A stretch of DNA of 64,000 nucleotides, from contig JAUVXW010000001.1 of the NCBI GenBank assembly GCA_030603385.1, positions 192,001 to 256,000 of the forward strand. The letters are read 5' to 3'. Source of the stretch: Promethearchaeota archaeon. Lineage in GTDB: Archaea > Asgardarchaeota > Lokiarchaeia > Sigyniarchaeales > SOKP01. Every line of letters starts with the position of its first letter. Position 1 is the first letter of the stretch. Shown here one piece after another: positions 1-10,112 of the stretch. Position numbers and translations under genes: made by a program. Below the pieces are notes generated by a model. It had not been told where the DNA came from and searched no databases. It worked only from the letters and a program-made list of their open reading frames with translations.

Positions 1-1
1 T

Positions 2-172
2 TGAATCCTAGATTTCGAATTCCACCTTATCTCCTATATCCAACTTGCGGAATCCCGACATATCTATATTAGAGAAGTGGACGAATATATTTTCTTGACC
101 ATCAACATTAATGAATCCATATCCTTTTTTTGCATTAAACTATTTAATAAAACCTTTTAATCTATCAGACAT
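2..172 (-). pseudogene. Cold-shock domain (CspA-like) gene with two in-frame TAG codons; runs off the window edge
   Basis: Manual translation from ATG 172: [55 protein letters not shown]. It has RNP1 (KGYGFI) and RNP2 (IFVHF); TAG at 142-140 and 10-8. Confidence 0.8.
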
Positions 173-342
173 TTGCGTTTCTCCAATTTTAGTTATAGCA
201 AATTAATTAAAATAACAAAAAAGCTTCTCATCTATAACGTAAAATAAAATTATATAGGAAAAGAAATTTTACTTTTAAATTTTTTTTAAATAAACTCTCA
301 TATCTTAGATAAAATCAATAAATAATAATTTACTAGATTTAA

Positions 343-1707
343 GTGAATATGATTTTTGACAAAGTTCTACAAATTTATCAGGAATATTATATATGCGTCC
401 ATTGTCTTGGTAGAATGTTTTCTCTTTTAGCATCACAAACAACAAACCAAAAAAGAGGAGACTCTTTATTACTTTCATTAACTATGGAAAATCATAGAAA
501 GTATTTATCGAATAATAATCAGGAACAAAAAAAGGCAATATTTTATTTAAAATTATTAGCCGAAAAAGCTAAATATTTACCTGCTCAGACTGTATTAAAA
601 AATGAGGGAATCGAATATACACTAAAGAATACAAACCGATCTTGTCATCTTTGCAATAACATTTTTTCAGAAATTGAGAAGTATGCTAAAAAAGGTATAG
701 AAGTTCTTGAAGGAATTGAATTTAATAACTTCTTAGTTGGATCAACTCCAGACTCTCAAATAATAAATAAGGAGGATAGATTTAAAGCTGAATTTAACAT
801 TTTAGAAGCAGAATCTTTTAAAAGTCATTTCAATCGTGTAGTCGGCAAAATTCTGATGGAAAAACTTAAGAAACCTCCTGAATTCAATAATCCAGATGTT
901 TTATTAGTATATTTTATAGGTTATGAATTATTTAGTATCAAATTAAACCTGAAATCTCTTTTTATTTTTGGAAGATATAATAAATTAATGAGGGGAATCC
1001 CCCAAACTCACTGGTTTTGTAGAAATTGCATGGGAAAAGGATGTAAAATATGTAATTTTACTGGAAAACAATATTTAATAAGTGTAGAAGAATTGATAAG
1101 CCCAGAATTCATTAATGAATCAGAAGCTAAAGATTCTAAGTTTCATGGTGCTGGAAGAGAAGATATAGATGTGAGGATGCTAGGTTTAGGAAGACCATTC
1201 ATTCTCGAATTAAGAGATCCCAAAACTCGCAAATTAGATCTATCTAAAATAGAGAAAATTGTAAATCGAAAGAAGAAGAAGAAGGTTAGAATTCAAAAAT
1301 TAAGATATAGCAGTAAAAGAGAAGTGATCAGACTTAAAACAGAAGCAAAAGATACTAAAAAAGTTTATAAATCTTTAGTAGGATCTGACAATAAGATATC
1401 TAAAGAAGAATTTGAAGAAAAATTAAATAAATTGAAAAATACATTTGAAAATCAAGAAATCCATCAACGAACACCCAACAGGGTTTCCCATCGGCGTGCT
1501 GATAAAATTAGAAAGAAATATGTCTATAAAATAGAAGGGAAATATGTAAAATCTAATTTATTTGAATTTACAATCAAAACACAAGGGGGAACTTATATAA
1601 AGGAACTTATTAACGGCGACGATGGGAGAACATCTCCTTCTTTTTCAGAAATCTTTAAAACACCACTAACATGCAAAGAGTTAGATGTACTAGAAATCTT
1701 AATCTAA
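343..1707 (+). CDS. pus10: tRNA pseudouridine(54/55) synthase Pus10
   Basis: N-terminal CxxCLGR, GRYxKxxRGIPQT, HGAGREDIDVRMLG and QGGTYIKE motifs; lies upstream of rpl21e as in other archaea. Confidence 0.95.
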   Translation: MNMIFDKVLQIYQEYYICVHCLGRMFSLLASQTTNQKRGDSLLLSLTMENHRKYLSNNNQEQKKAIFYLKLLAEKAKYLPAQTVLKNEGIEYTLKNTNRSCHLCNNIFSEIEKYAKKGIEVLEGIEFNNFLVGSTPDSQIINKEDRFKAEFNILEAESFKSHFNRVVGKILMEKLKKPPEFNNPDVLLVYFIGYELFSIKLNLKSLFIFGRYNKLMRGIPQTHWFCRNCMGKGCKICNFTGKQYLISVEELISPEFINESEAKDSKFHGAGREDIDVRMLGLGRPFILELRDPKTRKLDLSKIEKIVNRKKKKKVRIQKLRYSSKREVIRLKTEAKDTKKVYKSLVGSDNKISKEEFEEKLNKLKNTFENQEIHQRTPNRVSHRRADKIRKKYVYKIEGKYVKSNLFEFTIKTQGGTYIKELINGDDGRTSPSFSEIFKTPLTCKELDVLEILI

Positions 1708-1936
1708 GATTGATACTAAATAAAACATTTATATAAAATCAAAAAATAAATAAACAATTATTTCATAATTGTTTGGTGCTTTTAACTCGTTCTATAGTAG
1801 ATCTATAAGGTATGAAATTATGGCTTCTAAGAATATTAAGTTTAATAAAAAAGTAAATAAATCATGTAATATGTTATAATTTAATTAGAGCCTGTATAAC
1901 AACTCCTTTGGGCTTTATTAAGAACAGGAAAAAATC

Positions 1937-2242
1937 ATGACTTCTCACAAGGGCTATAGGAAAAAAACTCGCCAAAAGCACAGAAAAAACGTTCGTAAAC
2001 GAGGACTTGGAAGTATTGAAAAATATTTAATAGATTATGAAGTAAATGATAAAGTTGATATAATTACTGACTCCTCTCAACATAAGGAAGGGATGCCTCA
2101 CTTTCGTTATCACGGACGTACTGGCACGATCGTTGGCCAACGAGGGCGCTGTTATATAGTGGAAGTAAAATTAGGGAACTCAACAAAAACTCTAATTATT
2201 GGTACAGAACACCTAAGATTAAATCCTGTTTCTATAAAATAA
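1937..2242 (+). CDS. rpl21e: 50S ribosomal protein L21e
   Basis: SHKGYRKKTR, GMPHFRYHGRTG, EHLR. Confidence 0.97.
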   Translation: MTSHKGYRKKTRQKHRKNVRKRGLGSIEKYLIDYEVNDKVDIITDSSQHKEGMPHFRYHGRTGTIVGQRGRCYIVEVKLGNSTKTLIIGTEHLRLNPVSIK

Positions 2243-2261
2243 AATATATATCAATATTGGT

Positions 2262-2633
2262 ATGGCAATGTCTGGACGAAAAATAGACGAAAAACCGGTT
2301 TCCATCCCGGAAGTAAAAGAAATGATGGAATATGTAAAGGAACAAATGGAAGAAGTTGATTCTGAAGAAGGGATGTCTCATTTTCAAGAAATTACTTATA
2401 ATTATGTTAATAAATTTGCCAAAATAGATGTCACAAAGGCAAAAAAAATAAAAAAGTTTCTTATGGATAAGTATGATTTTGAAGAAATTTATACGATTAA
2501 TATTATTAACATCTTTCCAAAATCAGTTCCGGAGCTTAGGGTTATACTTGAAAAATCTTTTACAGGAAAAACATTAAATGACGAACAGTTAGAAGTTGTT
2601 TTAGAGGAGCTAGAAGAAATCGAATCATCTTAA
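2262..2633 (+). CDS. rpo4: RNA polymerase subunit F (Rpo4)
   Basis: PVSIPEVKE, YVNKFAK, IINIFPKSVPELRVIL; conserved rpl21e-rpoF-DUF655-ksgA context. Confidence 0.9.
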   Translation: MAMSGRKIDEKPVSIPEVKEMMEYVKEQMEEVDSEEGMSHFQEITYNYVNKFAKIDVTKAKKIKKFLMDKYDFEEIYTINIINIFPKSVPELRVILEKSFTGKTLNDEQLEVVLEELEEIESS

Positions 2634-2756
2634 TTTAGATCGAAGAATTTATAAATCTATATTGTTTTAAATTTTAATGTACTACCCCAATTCATTAAGT
2701 AGTTTATAAAAATTAAAATTTTAAAATGGCTAACGGAAAAGTAAAAATTAAAATTA

Positions 2757-3407
2757 TTGGTAATGATGGAAAGAAGAGATCGATACAGAGGTCCTCCTCG
2801 CAGAAGAGGTTATCAAAGTGGTCCCAGAAAGAAAAAACAGTTTATAAAAAAATTTCGGGAAATTGTAATCTTAGATCTTCTTTTGCATGGTCATCCCGAG
2901 GAAGATAGACCAAGCTGGGCAAAAAAACCGATAGCCCAAGTTCTTACTTTTCCAGATTTTGTTCTTTATGAAGTTAAAATAAATAAAAACTCTGATATTA
3001 AAGTTCAAGAACAAAAAACCTATGAGGGATTTTTAAACGAAGATAAATTAAGAGAAGTCTTAAAGAAAATCGATTTTAATGATTTAACTAGCACATCAAA
3101 AGCGTTAATTCTGCCCATTCTTGAAAAGGAGGTTTTAAAATATGAGGAAGAATTTATCAATTTCTTTAATAACTCTACTTCGATTACACCTAGAATGCAC
3201 GCTTTAAAATTACTACCAGGGATAGGTCAAAAACATATGTGGGAAATCCTTGAAGCAAGAGAAAGACAAAAATTCGTAACATTTCAAGATATTTCTGACA
3301 GAACGAGTATATCAAATCCAGCCAAACTAATTTCTCAAAGAATTATAAAAGAACTCCAACGAGATGTAAAGTACTACCTTTTTAGTAAAACTCAAAAATA
3401 TGAATAA
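2757..3407 (+). CDS. DUF655 putative RNA-binding protein
   Basis: FINFFNNSTSITPRMHALKLLPGIGQKHMWEIL (HhH motif); operon context. Confidence 0.9.
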   Translation: MVMMERRDRYRGPPRRRGYQSGPRKKKQFIKKFREIVILDLLLHGHPEEDRPSWAKKPIAQVLTFPDFVLYEVKINKNSDIKVQEQKTYEGFLNEDKLREVLKKIDFNDLTSTSKALILPILEKEVLKYEEEFINFFNNSTSITPRMHALKLLPGIGQKHMWEILEARERQKFVTFQDISDRTSISNPAKLISQRIIKELQRDVKYYLFSKTQKYE

Positions 3408-3412
3408 ATAAT

Positions 3413-4255
3413 ATGAATTTTAAAGATGTACAACTAATCCTTAATCAATTGGATTTCAAGCCTAAAAAACATTTAGGTCAAAATTTTTTAACCAACACAA
3501 ATATATTAGAAAAAATAATAAATTTGTCTGAGATTTCAAGAGAGGATATTATATTAGAAGTTGGACCTGGTATAGGTGCATTAACAGAATCATTAATAGA
3601 AAAAGCAAAGAAAGTATATGGAGTTGAAATTGACCCGATTCTTAGCAAATATCTTTCAGAAAAATTCTCAATATATAACAATATTGAAATAATTAATGAT
3701 GACATCTTAAAAGTTGATATACCATCACACAATAAGGCTATATCAAATGTTCCATATAAGATAACTGGGCCTATCTTAGGAAAAGTGTTTTTCAAAAAAA
3801 ATCCTCCTCAAGGGATATTGACTATTGAAAAAAGTATTGCAGACCGAGTTTTTTTATCTGAAAATTATAAGAGATTTTCTAGAATTAGCATAGGTTTAAA
3901 TTCTTTTATGGAACCAGTTGTAAAATATTCAATTCCGCGAAATAGCTTCTATCCTATTCCAAAAATTGATCTTACTCTTATTAAAATTGTTCCCAAAGAA
4001 AGTCTAAATCCTATTTTATTGAAGGAAGAATCAGTTCAATTATTTTTAAAATTTATTGCTGGAATCATGCCATACAAAAATAAAAACATCGTTAATGCCC
4101 TCTACTTTTTTTTTAAAGCTAATAATGACCCTTACCATACAAAAGTGAAAATTTTAGAAATTTTACACGAAAATAACTATGAAAATAAAAAATTATTTAA
4201 CTTTAAAATTGAAGAATTTATTGAACTAAGCAAAATTTTTTTATTCCTAAATTAA
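3413..4255 (+). CDS. ksgA: 16S rRNA adenine dimethyltransferase KsgA/Dim1
   Basis: KKHLGQNFL, LEVGPGIGALT, SNVPY. Confidence 0.95.
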   Translation: MNFKDVQLILNQLDFKPKKHLGQNFLTNTNILEKIINLSEISREDIILEVGPGIGALTESLIEKAKKVYGVEIDPILSKYLSEKFSIYNNIEIINDDILKVDIPSHNKAISNVPYKITGPILGKVFFKKNPPQGILTIEKSIADRVFLSENYKRFSRISIGLNSFMEPVVKYSIPRNSFYPIPKIDLTLIKIVPKESLNPILLKEESVQLFLKFIAGIMPYKNKNIVNALYFFFKANNDPYHTKVKILEILHENNYENKKLFNFKIEEFIELSKIFLFLN

Positions 4256-4268
4256 AACTACTGAGGAT

Positions 4269-4964
4269 TTGATAACAATTAAATTTGTACCCGATCCTTT
4301 AATCGAATGTGATTTGAAGAATGTTTATTATCCCTCTGATGATTCATATTTATTAATTGATTATTTTAGGAAAAAAATAAATGATGATCTATTTGATGGA
4401 ATTAAGTTAGAAGAAATTGAAAATGTATTAGATATGGGTACTGGTACAGGTATCATCGCAATTTTTTTTCAAATACTTAAATCTCTCTACCCAAAATTCA
4501 ATCCTAAAATATATGCCTCTGATATTTTAGAAGATTCAATAATTTGTGCTAAAAGAAATGAAATTCTTAATAAAAGCAAAAATAAAATTACATACTTTCA
4601 ATCTGATTTATTTAAATCTTTTCCAGAATCTTTAAGATCTAAATTTAATATTATAGTTTTTAATCCCCCCTATTTACCCTCCTCCCCATTAATAAAGGAA
4701 AATATAAATAAAAAAGGTATTGATCATAGTTGGGAGGGAGGTTATAAAGGGATTGAAATACTAATTGTTTTCCTTAAAGAACTAAAGAGATTTCTAAATT
4801 ATGAGAACGCTCATTTTGTCTATTACATAAGTTCTAGTAGGTCAGATATAGATGAGTTAGAAAAAAGAATAATTAACGTTGGATATAAGAATGAAAAACT
4901 AGAAAAAATACATATTTTCTTCGAAGATATTATTTTAAACCGATTGCAATATATTAAAGACTAA
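4269..4964 (+). CDS. HemK2/Mtq2-like N5-glutamine methyltransferase
   Basis: VYYPSDDSYLL, LDMGTGTG, FNPPY, WEGG. Confidence 0.88.
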   Translation: MITIKFVPDPLIECDLKNVYYPSDDSYLLIDYFRKKINDDLFDGIKLEEIENVLDMGTGTGIIAIFFQILKSLYPKFNPKIYASDILEDSIICAKRNEILNKSKNKITYFQSDLFKSFPESLRSKFNIIVFNPPYLPSSPLIKENINKKGIDHSWEGGYKGIEILIVFLKELKRFLNYENAHFVYYISSSRSDIDELEKRIINVGYKNEKLEKIHIFFEDIILNRLQYIKD

Positions 4965-6241
4965 AAAGGTCTTCTATTTCTTCTTTTTTCTAATAGTGAA
5001 ATCCCCTCCATATGCAAAATTCTTATCAGATTATTCAACAAAAGATCAACCTCATTTGGCTTAAACACAGAACGTTTATGTGCCTCAATTTGAGGAATAG
5101 GTAATCCATAGTGTTCATTTAAACTTGATATAGGTAGTAAAATTGAAGAAATTAAATCTGCTTTTTTAGAAGCTTCTTCAATAGAATCTTTTTCATCCAT
5201 AAAAAATTCGATTCTACAAGGTGTATCATATATAGTTGTTTTAAGATAAAATGCATAAAATGAAAGTGGAAAATAATACGGAATTTCCTTTTTTATCCCG
5301 GTGTCTCTTATTTTATCGATCTCTCGTTTACAATTAAAAATACAGCTCCTTTCAGACTTTTTCAGTATTCTATTAAATAAATCGATGTCTGAGAAATATC
5401 TAATAACTTCTCTATAATTTAATTTAATAAAATCGCTCAACTTTGAATAACTTGGCTTTAATAACTGAATTGAGTCACATAAAAGATTTGATAATGCAGA
5501 TGTTCTTGTATCCTTAATTGAGCCAATTAGGATAATACCCTTTTCTTTGCAATTTGAATATAATTTGTGATATTCTTTTAATAAAATATCATATTTTATC
5601 GATATCTCAGGATCTTTAGAAAATAATAAATTTATGGGCATAATAACTATGGATCCATCAATTATTATGAGATCAATATCATTAGATTTTTTTATCATCT
5701 CATTAAGTAAATTGATTTCTAAGTATCTCATGTCCATTGAAACTTTAGCATCAACAGTACTCTCATCTCGATTAAAAAAATCCCCCTGAACAAAATAATT
5801 ATTAAACCCACTCAAATCTGGGAAATATTCAATATTTGCAACATGGTTTTCTTTAAAATAGTATTTTACAGCGATTCCTTTTAAAAATGAGAAATCCGCA
5901 TTCATGAATTTCTTTGTCACTGAGCTTCCATCAACGCTTACGATGTTTAAACCTCTTAAATTCGAAGATAATAATGATTTCTTTAGAAATTTTTCTTTAA
6001 TATAAAATCTTGGAGATTTTATAAAATCTGAAAAATCTAACTCGTCTAGATTTTTCAAGATAATCTTAGAAAATGTTTTCTTTAATTTTTCAAGCTCAAG
6101 ATATTCTTTAGCAATAATTTTTAAATCTTTTAATAAAATTTGTTCTTTTGTCAAGCCCATATTACTTCTTAATGCACTTTTACTATTAGGAAGTGTTAAT
6201 TTATCATTATTAAGATTAATGGGATTTTCTCTTATTGTCAT
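4961..6241 (-). CDS. nurA: NurA-family 5'-3' nuclease
   Basis: VSVDGS, IIIDGS, GSIKD, YGLPIPQIEAH motifs. Confidence 0.8.
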   Translation of the reverse strand: MTIRENPINLNNDKLTLPNSKSALRSNMGLTKEQILLKDLKIIAKEYLELEKLKKTFSKIILKNLDELDFSDFIKSPRFYIKEKFLKKSLLSSNLRGLNIVSVDGSSVTKKFMNADFSFLKGIAVKYYFKENHVANIEYFPDLSGFNNYFVQGDFFNRDESTVDAKVSMDMRYLEINLLNEMIKKSNDIDLIIIDGSIVIMPINLLFSKDPEISIKYDILLKEYHKLYSNCKEKGIILIGSIKDTRTSALSNLLCDSIQLLKPSYSKLSDFIKLNYREVIRYFSDIDLFNRILKKSERSCIFNCKREIDKIRDTGIKKEIPYYFPLSFYAFYLKTTIYDTPCRIEFFMDEKDSIEEASKKADLISSILLPISSLNEHYGLPIPQIEAHKRSVFKPNEVDLLLNNLIRILHMEGISLLEKRRNRRPF

Positions 6242-6335
6242 TACAAGAACTAAAAAATAGGGATAATAATAATAATAATGAGATATTTAATTTTTTGATT
6301 TTTTAAGGTTAAATGAAAAGCAAATTTATAATAAA

Positions 6336-6977
6336 ATGACAATACAATTAGGAGAAAACCCTTGGATTTTAATAGGGTTAATATTACTGGAGATACTCCT
6401 CGTTATTATACCTGCTTATATTTCTAGTAAAATTGAGAAAAAAACCTTTAAAAAATTATTGTTTGAAATGGGGTTTCAGAAGAATGATGATATTTTGATT
6501 AAAGTTATCGCTGGATTAAGTATTGGCGTCATATTTTTCTCATTTGGAGATTTCATTCTCATCTTTTTTCGACATATAATAATAGAAAATTTGTTTGGCA
6601 CTAGATTTATTGAAGTAGGACAAGAAGGAGTAATTAGTACTCTCCCCATCATGCCCAATATGATCCAAATAATCATTCTTGTGATACTACAAATAGTTAT
6701 AATTGGTCCTTGTGAGGAAGCCTTTTTTAGAGGATTTATCATAAAAAAAATTAATATAAAAATAAAATTAGCATATTCTGTTATAATTTCATCGATCTTT
6801 TTTGCACTCTATCACGTTCCCCCTTTTATAGTCCCTTTAACTACAACTATAACCTATTTTGGCTATTATTTTGCATTTGGCGTTTTATTAGCTTTGATTT
6901 TCATATTTTTTGAATATTCATTAATCCCTTGCTCAATATCCCATTCTTGTCTTAATATCCTTTTATTATTGGTATGA
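6336..6977 (+). CDS. CAAX protease (CPBP/Abi) membrane protein
   Basis: EEAFFRG, FALYH and SHxxxN motifs; multiple TM segments. Confidence 0.9.
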   Translation: MTIQLGENPWILIGLILLEILLVIIPAYISSKIEKKTFKKLLFEMGFQKNDDILIKVIAGLSIGVIFFSFGDFILIFFRHIIIENLFGTRFIEVGQEGVISTLPIMPNMIQIIILVILQIVIIGPCEEAFFRGFIIKKINIKIKLAYSVIISSIFFALYHVPPFIVPLTTTITYFGYYFAFGVLLALIFIFFEYSLIPCSISHSCLNILLLLV

Positions 6978-7119
6978 TTTTTGCATAGGATGAAATATTA
7001 AATTTAAATTAAACAAAAATTAATTAATATTAGGTATATTATTTCATAAGGTTTTATTTGAGCTTTTAAAATAGTATTACTCTTAAAAGCTAAGAAAAAT
7101 TCCTGAAGCAAATCGATCG

Positions 7120-7647
7120 TTGAGGAGAATGACAGAGTACGATTATACGTTCAAATTAATGATGTTGGGTGATGCTTCAGTAGGAAAAACATCACTCACT
7201 CTTAGATATATCTCAGGATACTTCAGGCAAGACTTAAAACTGACACTAGGGGTTGATTTCTATTCTAAAACAACACTCTTTAACGATAAGAAAGTTAAAT
7301 TACAAATCTGGGACTTTGGTGGTGAAGAACGATTCAGATTTCTACTTTCTCAATATAGTAAAGGAGCAAATGGTGCATTCTTTCTTTATGATATAACAAA
7401 TCCAATGAGCCTAGAACATTTACCCGAATGGACACAAATAGTTCGAGAGAATGCGGGAGACATCCCAATATTGTTAATTGGTTCAAAAAAAGATTTAGAT
7501 GAATTTCGAGCAGTTCCGCAAGAAGATGGAATATTAGCAGCTAAAAAATACAATCTTACTTCTTTCATTGAATTATCTTCGAAAACAGGAGAAAATGTTG
7601 AGAAAGCATTTGATGTATTGACTGAGTTTCTTTTTGAAGATTATTAA
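7120..7647 (+). CDS. Rab-like small GTPase
   Basis: G1 GDASVGKT, TLGVDF, G3 WDFGGEERF, G4 SKKD, G5 SSK; the true start may be ATG 7129. Confidence 0.93.
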   Translation: MRRMTEYDYTFKLMMLGDASVGKTSLTLRYISGYFRQDLKLTLGVDFYSKTTLFNDKKVKLQIWDFGGEERFRFLLSQYSKGANGAFFLYDITNPMSLEHLPEWTQIVRENAGDIPILLIGSKKDLDEFRAVPQEDGILAAKKYNLTSFIELSSKTGENVEKAFDVLTEFLFEDY

Positions 7648-7755
7648 TATCAAAGAAGTGAAAATCTATCTTTTAAGTTTCTTGTTTTAAGTTTGAAATG
7701 CTACTTACAGATTATAATAATATAATTTAAATCTAATAAGATTAAATTGATCATT

Positions 7756-8268
7756 ATGAATGAAGAAGAACCGCCTAGACCTAAAGGAATAGATGCAAAC
7801 ACTAAAGCACCTCAAATAGATACTGTAGATATTTATGAAAACCAAATTAATTTAAGTGAACTTCTCAAGGATTATGAGGGGGTATTAATAGATTTTTTTC
7901 GAGGGAACTGGTGAAGTCATTGTAAAACCCATTTAAAATTATTAACAGAAAATTTATCTGAATTCAAAAAGCGTAACATAAAAATTATCTCAATTGCAAG
8001 TGATAGTGTAAGGCTTCTGAGAACTTTTAAAGAAGAAAATAATTTTGAAGTCGATATGGTCTCTGATCGTGGCGCAAAAATAGCTAAAGAATATGATGTT
8101 TACTGGTTTGCCCCTGGAGGAGGAAAAGAATACAAAATAAAACAAGCAGTTCCAAGCAAATTTTTAATCGATAAAGATGGTATTATTGTATGGAAATATA
8201 TCGGTAAAGATAAAACAGATAGACCTTCCATTGAAATGATGACATCAATTATTGATGAATATTTATAA
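7756..8268 (+). CDS. Peroxiredoxin-like (AhpC/TSA, thioredoxin fold) selenoprotein, 170 aa, UxxC; TGA at 7912-7914 read as Sec
   Basis: ATG 7756 is in frame with the 8056 ORF: MNEEEPPRPKGIDANTKAPQIDTVDIYENQINLSELLKDYEGVLIDFFRGNW-U-SHCKTHL...QAVPSKFLIDKDGIIVW. The only internal stop is at the first Cys position of CxxC, and a SECIS follows. Confidence 0.92.
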
Positions 8269-8340
8269 AATCCTAATTAAGAATGATTCGTGCGTGAAAA
8301 AATGAGACGCCCGAGGACGACCTTGCAAGGGGCGGGATTT
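8268..8340 (+). promoter_or_regulatory. Eukaryote-like SECIS element in the 3' UTR of the selenoprotein gene
   Basis: GC-rich island: AUGA 8283-86, stem UUCGUGCGU/ACGCCCGAG (8287-95/8307-15), A-rich loop GAAAAAAUGAG, GA 8316-17; closing helix AAAUCCU/GGGAUUU. Confidence 0.85.
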
Positions 8341-8429
8341 AATCTTTTTTATTTTTTTTAATAATTTTCTTAGAAAATTTTTTATTTGTCATTTATTATG
8401 TATTGCTCAAAACTTAGTTTACAAAATCT

Positions 8430-10088
8430 GTGAAAATTATGTTTAATCGAGCATTTAAAAACTTCTTGACTAAGAAACCTTCAAAAGTGGATTTATATCC
8501 ATATTTATATTCAATTTCTTTTGGAGAATTAGGAAAACCTAAAGAAGAGATTAGAACTGAACCAATTAAATGTAGTAATTGTGGTGCGATCTTCACTGAT
8601 ACTGACTTAATTCAAGTAGATTCACAAAAGGGTTCTTATTATGTATGCGAATTCTGTGGGACAATTAATACAATAGACAAATCTAAGATTGAGAAAAAGC
8701 TCCCAAATGACATAGATATTATTTTAATAGAAGCGTTAAAAAAAGGACCAAAAAAAGAAGAAAAGATAACAAAAATGGATAAAACTGAGGGAGATCTTTA
8801 TATTTCTGTAATCGATATCTCTGGTAGTATGAGTGGTGCTAAAATTGAAGCTGTTAAGAAATCATTAATTCAAACTTTAAAAGATTTCAAGATTAATTCT
8901 CCTTCCACTAAATACTTATTAATCGCATTTGAGAGCTCAGTTTACTATTATTTAAAACATGATAAAAATCCTCTTAACTTTAGTGGAGATTTACTCTTTT
9001 CTTTAGAAAGAATAAAAGATCAGTTGATTAAATCAATAAAAAAGGAAAAGTTTTTAGGTTCCATAGGAGAATTCGCTGATGGTTGGATAAGAAAAGTTGA
9101 AGATCTTAGATCGATGGATATGACCGCCTTGGGGCCCGCACTATATTTTGCAATTAATTCTTTTGAATTATTCAAACATACAGGAAGAATTACATTACTA
9201 ACTGATGGATTGGCAAATCAAGGGATAGGTAATTTATCTGGTACCAGTCCTGGTGCTGAAAAATTTTATGAAAATATGGCAGAATTATGTAATCAACACA
9301 AAATTATTGTTGATGTTGTAGGAGTATCAACTTCTGGAGATAATAATGAAATGGGGTTACAAACCTTAGGAAAACTCACAGATAAGACTGGTGGAACATT
9401 ATATTTAATATCAAGTGAAGAGATGGAAGAGATCTTCTCCGAACTTAGGCAAATGAGGTATATAGGAAAAGATGTAAAGGTTAAAGTTATTGTTCCCCCA
9501 AGCATTATTATCAAGAATATTACGGGAGCATACAGTTCTAAAAGTGCTATTAAAGGTTCTGAAATAAACTTAGGGGCAATTACAGAGGATAGAGAATTAT
9601 TCTTAGAACTAGAATCCGCTAAAGAACTAGTTGAAAAAGAAGAAGTTCCTATACAACTTCAAGTAGAATACATTGATAACGATGGTCGCAAAAGAATGAG
9701 AGTTATTAATGATCGGGTAAAGGTGACTAAAGATGAAAATAAATTTAAATCTCAATATAACCAGAAATTTAACGTTATGATGAATATTCAAACTGCCGGA
9801 CGGAGTTATTACGCAGGAAAAGCTAAAGAATCAAAAGCACGATTGAGAAGTTTAAGAGATGAAATGTTGGGTGAAATGAAACATTTAAAATCAGTTAATA
9901 TGACTTTCGCGGAAAAAGATTTTACTGAGGGATTAGCTTTTCTAGACGACGAATTAGAAGAAATTGAAATGGAAGAAGTAAAGGGAACTCAAGCACCCAC
10001 ACTGAGTTTTTTGGCTGTAAAAGGTCAAAAACGAGCAAGAATGTCATCAGGTGCCCTAAAAAAGCGGATGGAAAAAAAGAAAAAATAA
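8430..10088 (+). CDS. Sec23/Sec24-like Zn-finger + vWA domain protein
   Basis: PIKCSNCGA...YVCEFCGTIN zinc finger; vWA MIDAS DISGSM, TALGPAL, LLTDGLANQG, TGG; C-terminal beta-sandwich and helical region. Confidence 0.75.
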   Translation: MKIMFNRAFKNFLTKKPSKVDLYPYLYSISFGELGKPKEEIRTEPIKCSNCGAIFTDTDLIQVDSQKGSYYVCEFCGTINTIDKSKIEKKLPNDIDIILIEALKKGPKKEEKITKMDKTEGDLYISVIDISGSMSGAKIEAVKKSLIQTLKDFKINSPSTKYLLIAFESSVYYYLKHDKNPLNFSGDLLFSLERIKDQLIKSIKKEKFLGSIGEFADGWIRKVEDLRSMDMTALGPALYFAINSFELFKHTGRITLLTDGLANQGIGNLSGTSPGAEKFYENMAELCNQHKIIVDVVGVSTSGDNNEMGLQTLGKLTDKTGGTLYLISSEEMEEIFSELRQMRYIGKDVKVKVIVPPSIIIKNITGAYSSKSAIKGSEINLGAITEDRELFLELESAKELVEKEEVPIQLQVEYIDNDGRKRMRVINDRVKVTKDENKFKSQYNQKFNVMMNIQTAGRSYYAGKAKESKARLRSLRDEMLGEMKHLKSVNMTFAEKDFTEGLAFLDDELEEIEMEEVKGTQAPTLSFLAVKGQKRARMSSGALKKRMEKKKK

Positions 10089-10112
10089 AAGTAGAAGTGA
10101 TTTCTCAAGCAC

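Noticed and set aside
1-110. Possible tRNA (TTCGAAT-like motif at 14-20)
   Set aside because: No cloverleaf; the region is explained by the minus-strand cold-shock frame.
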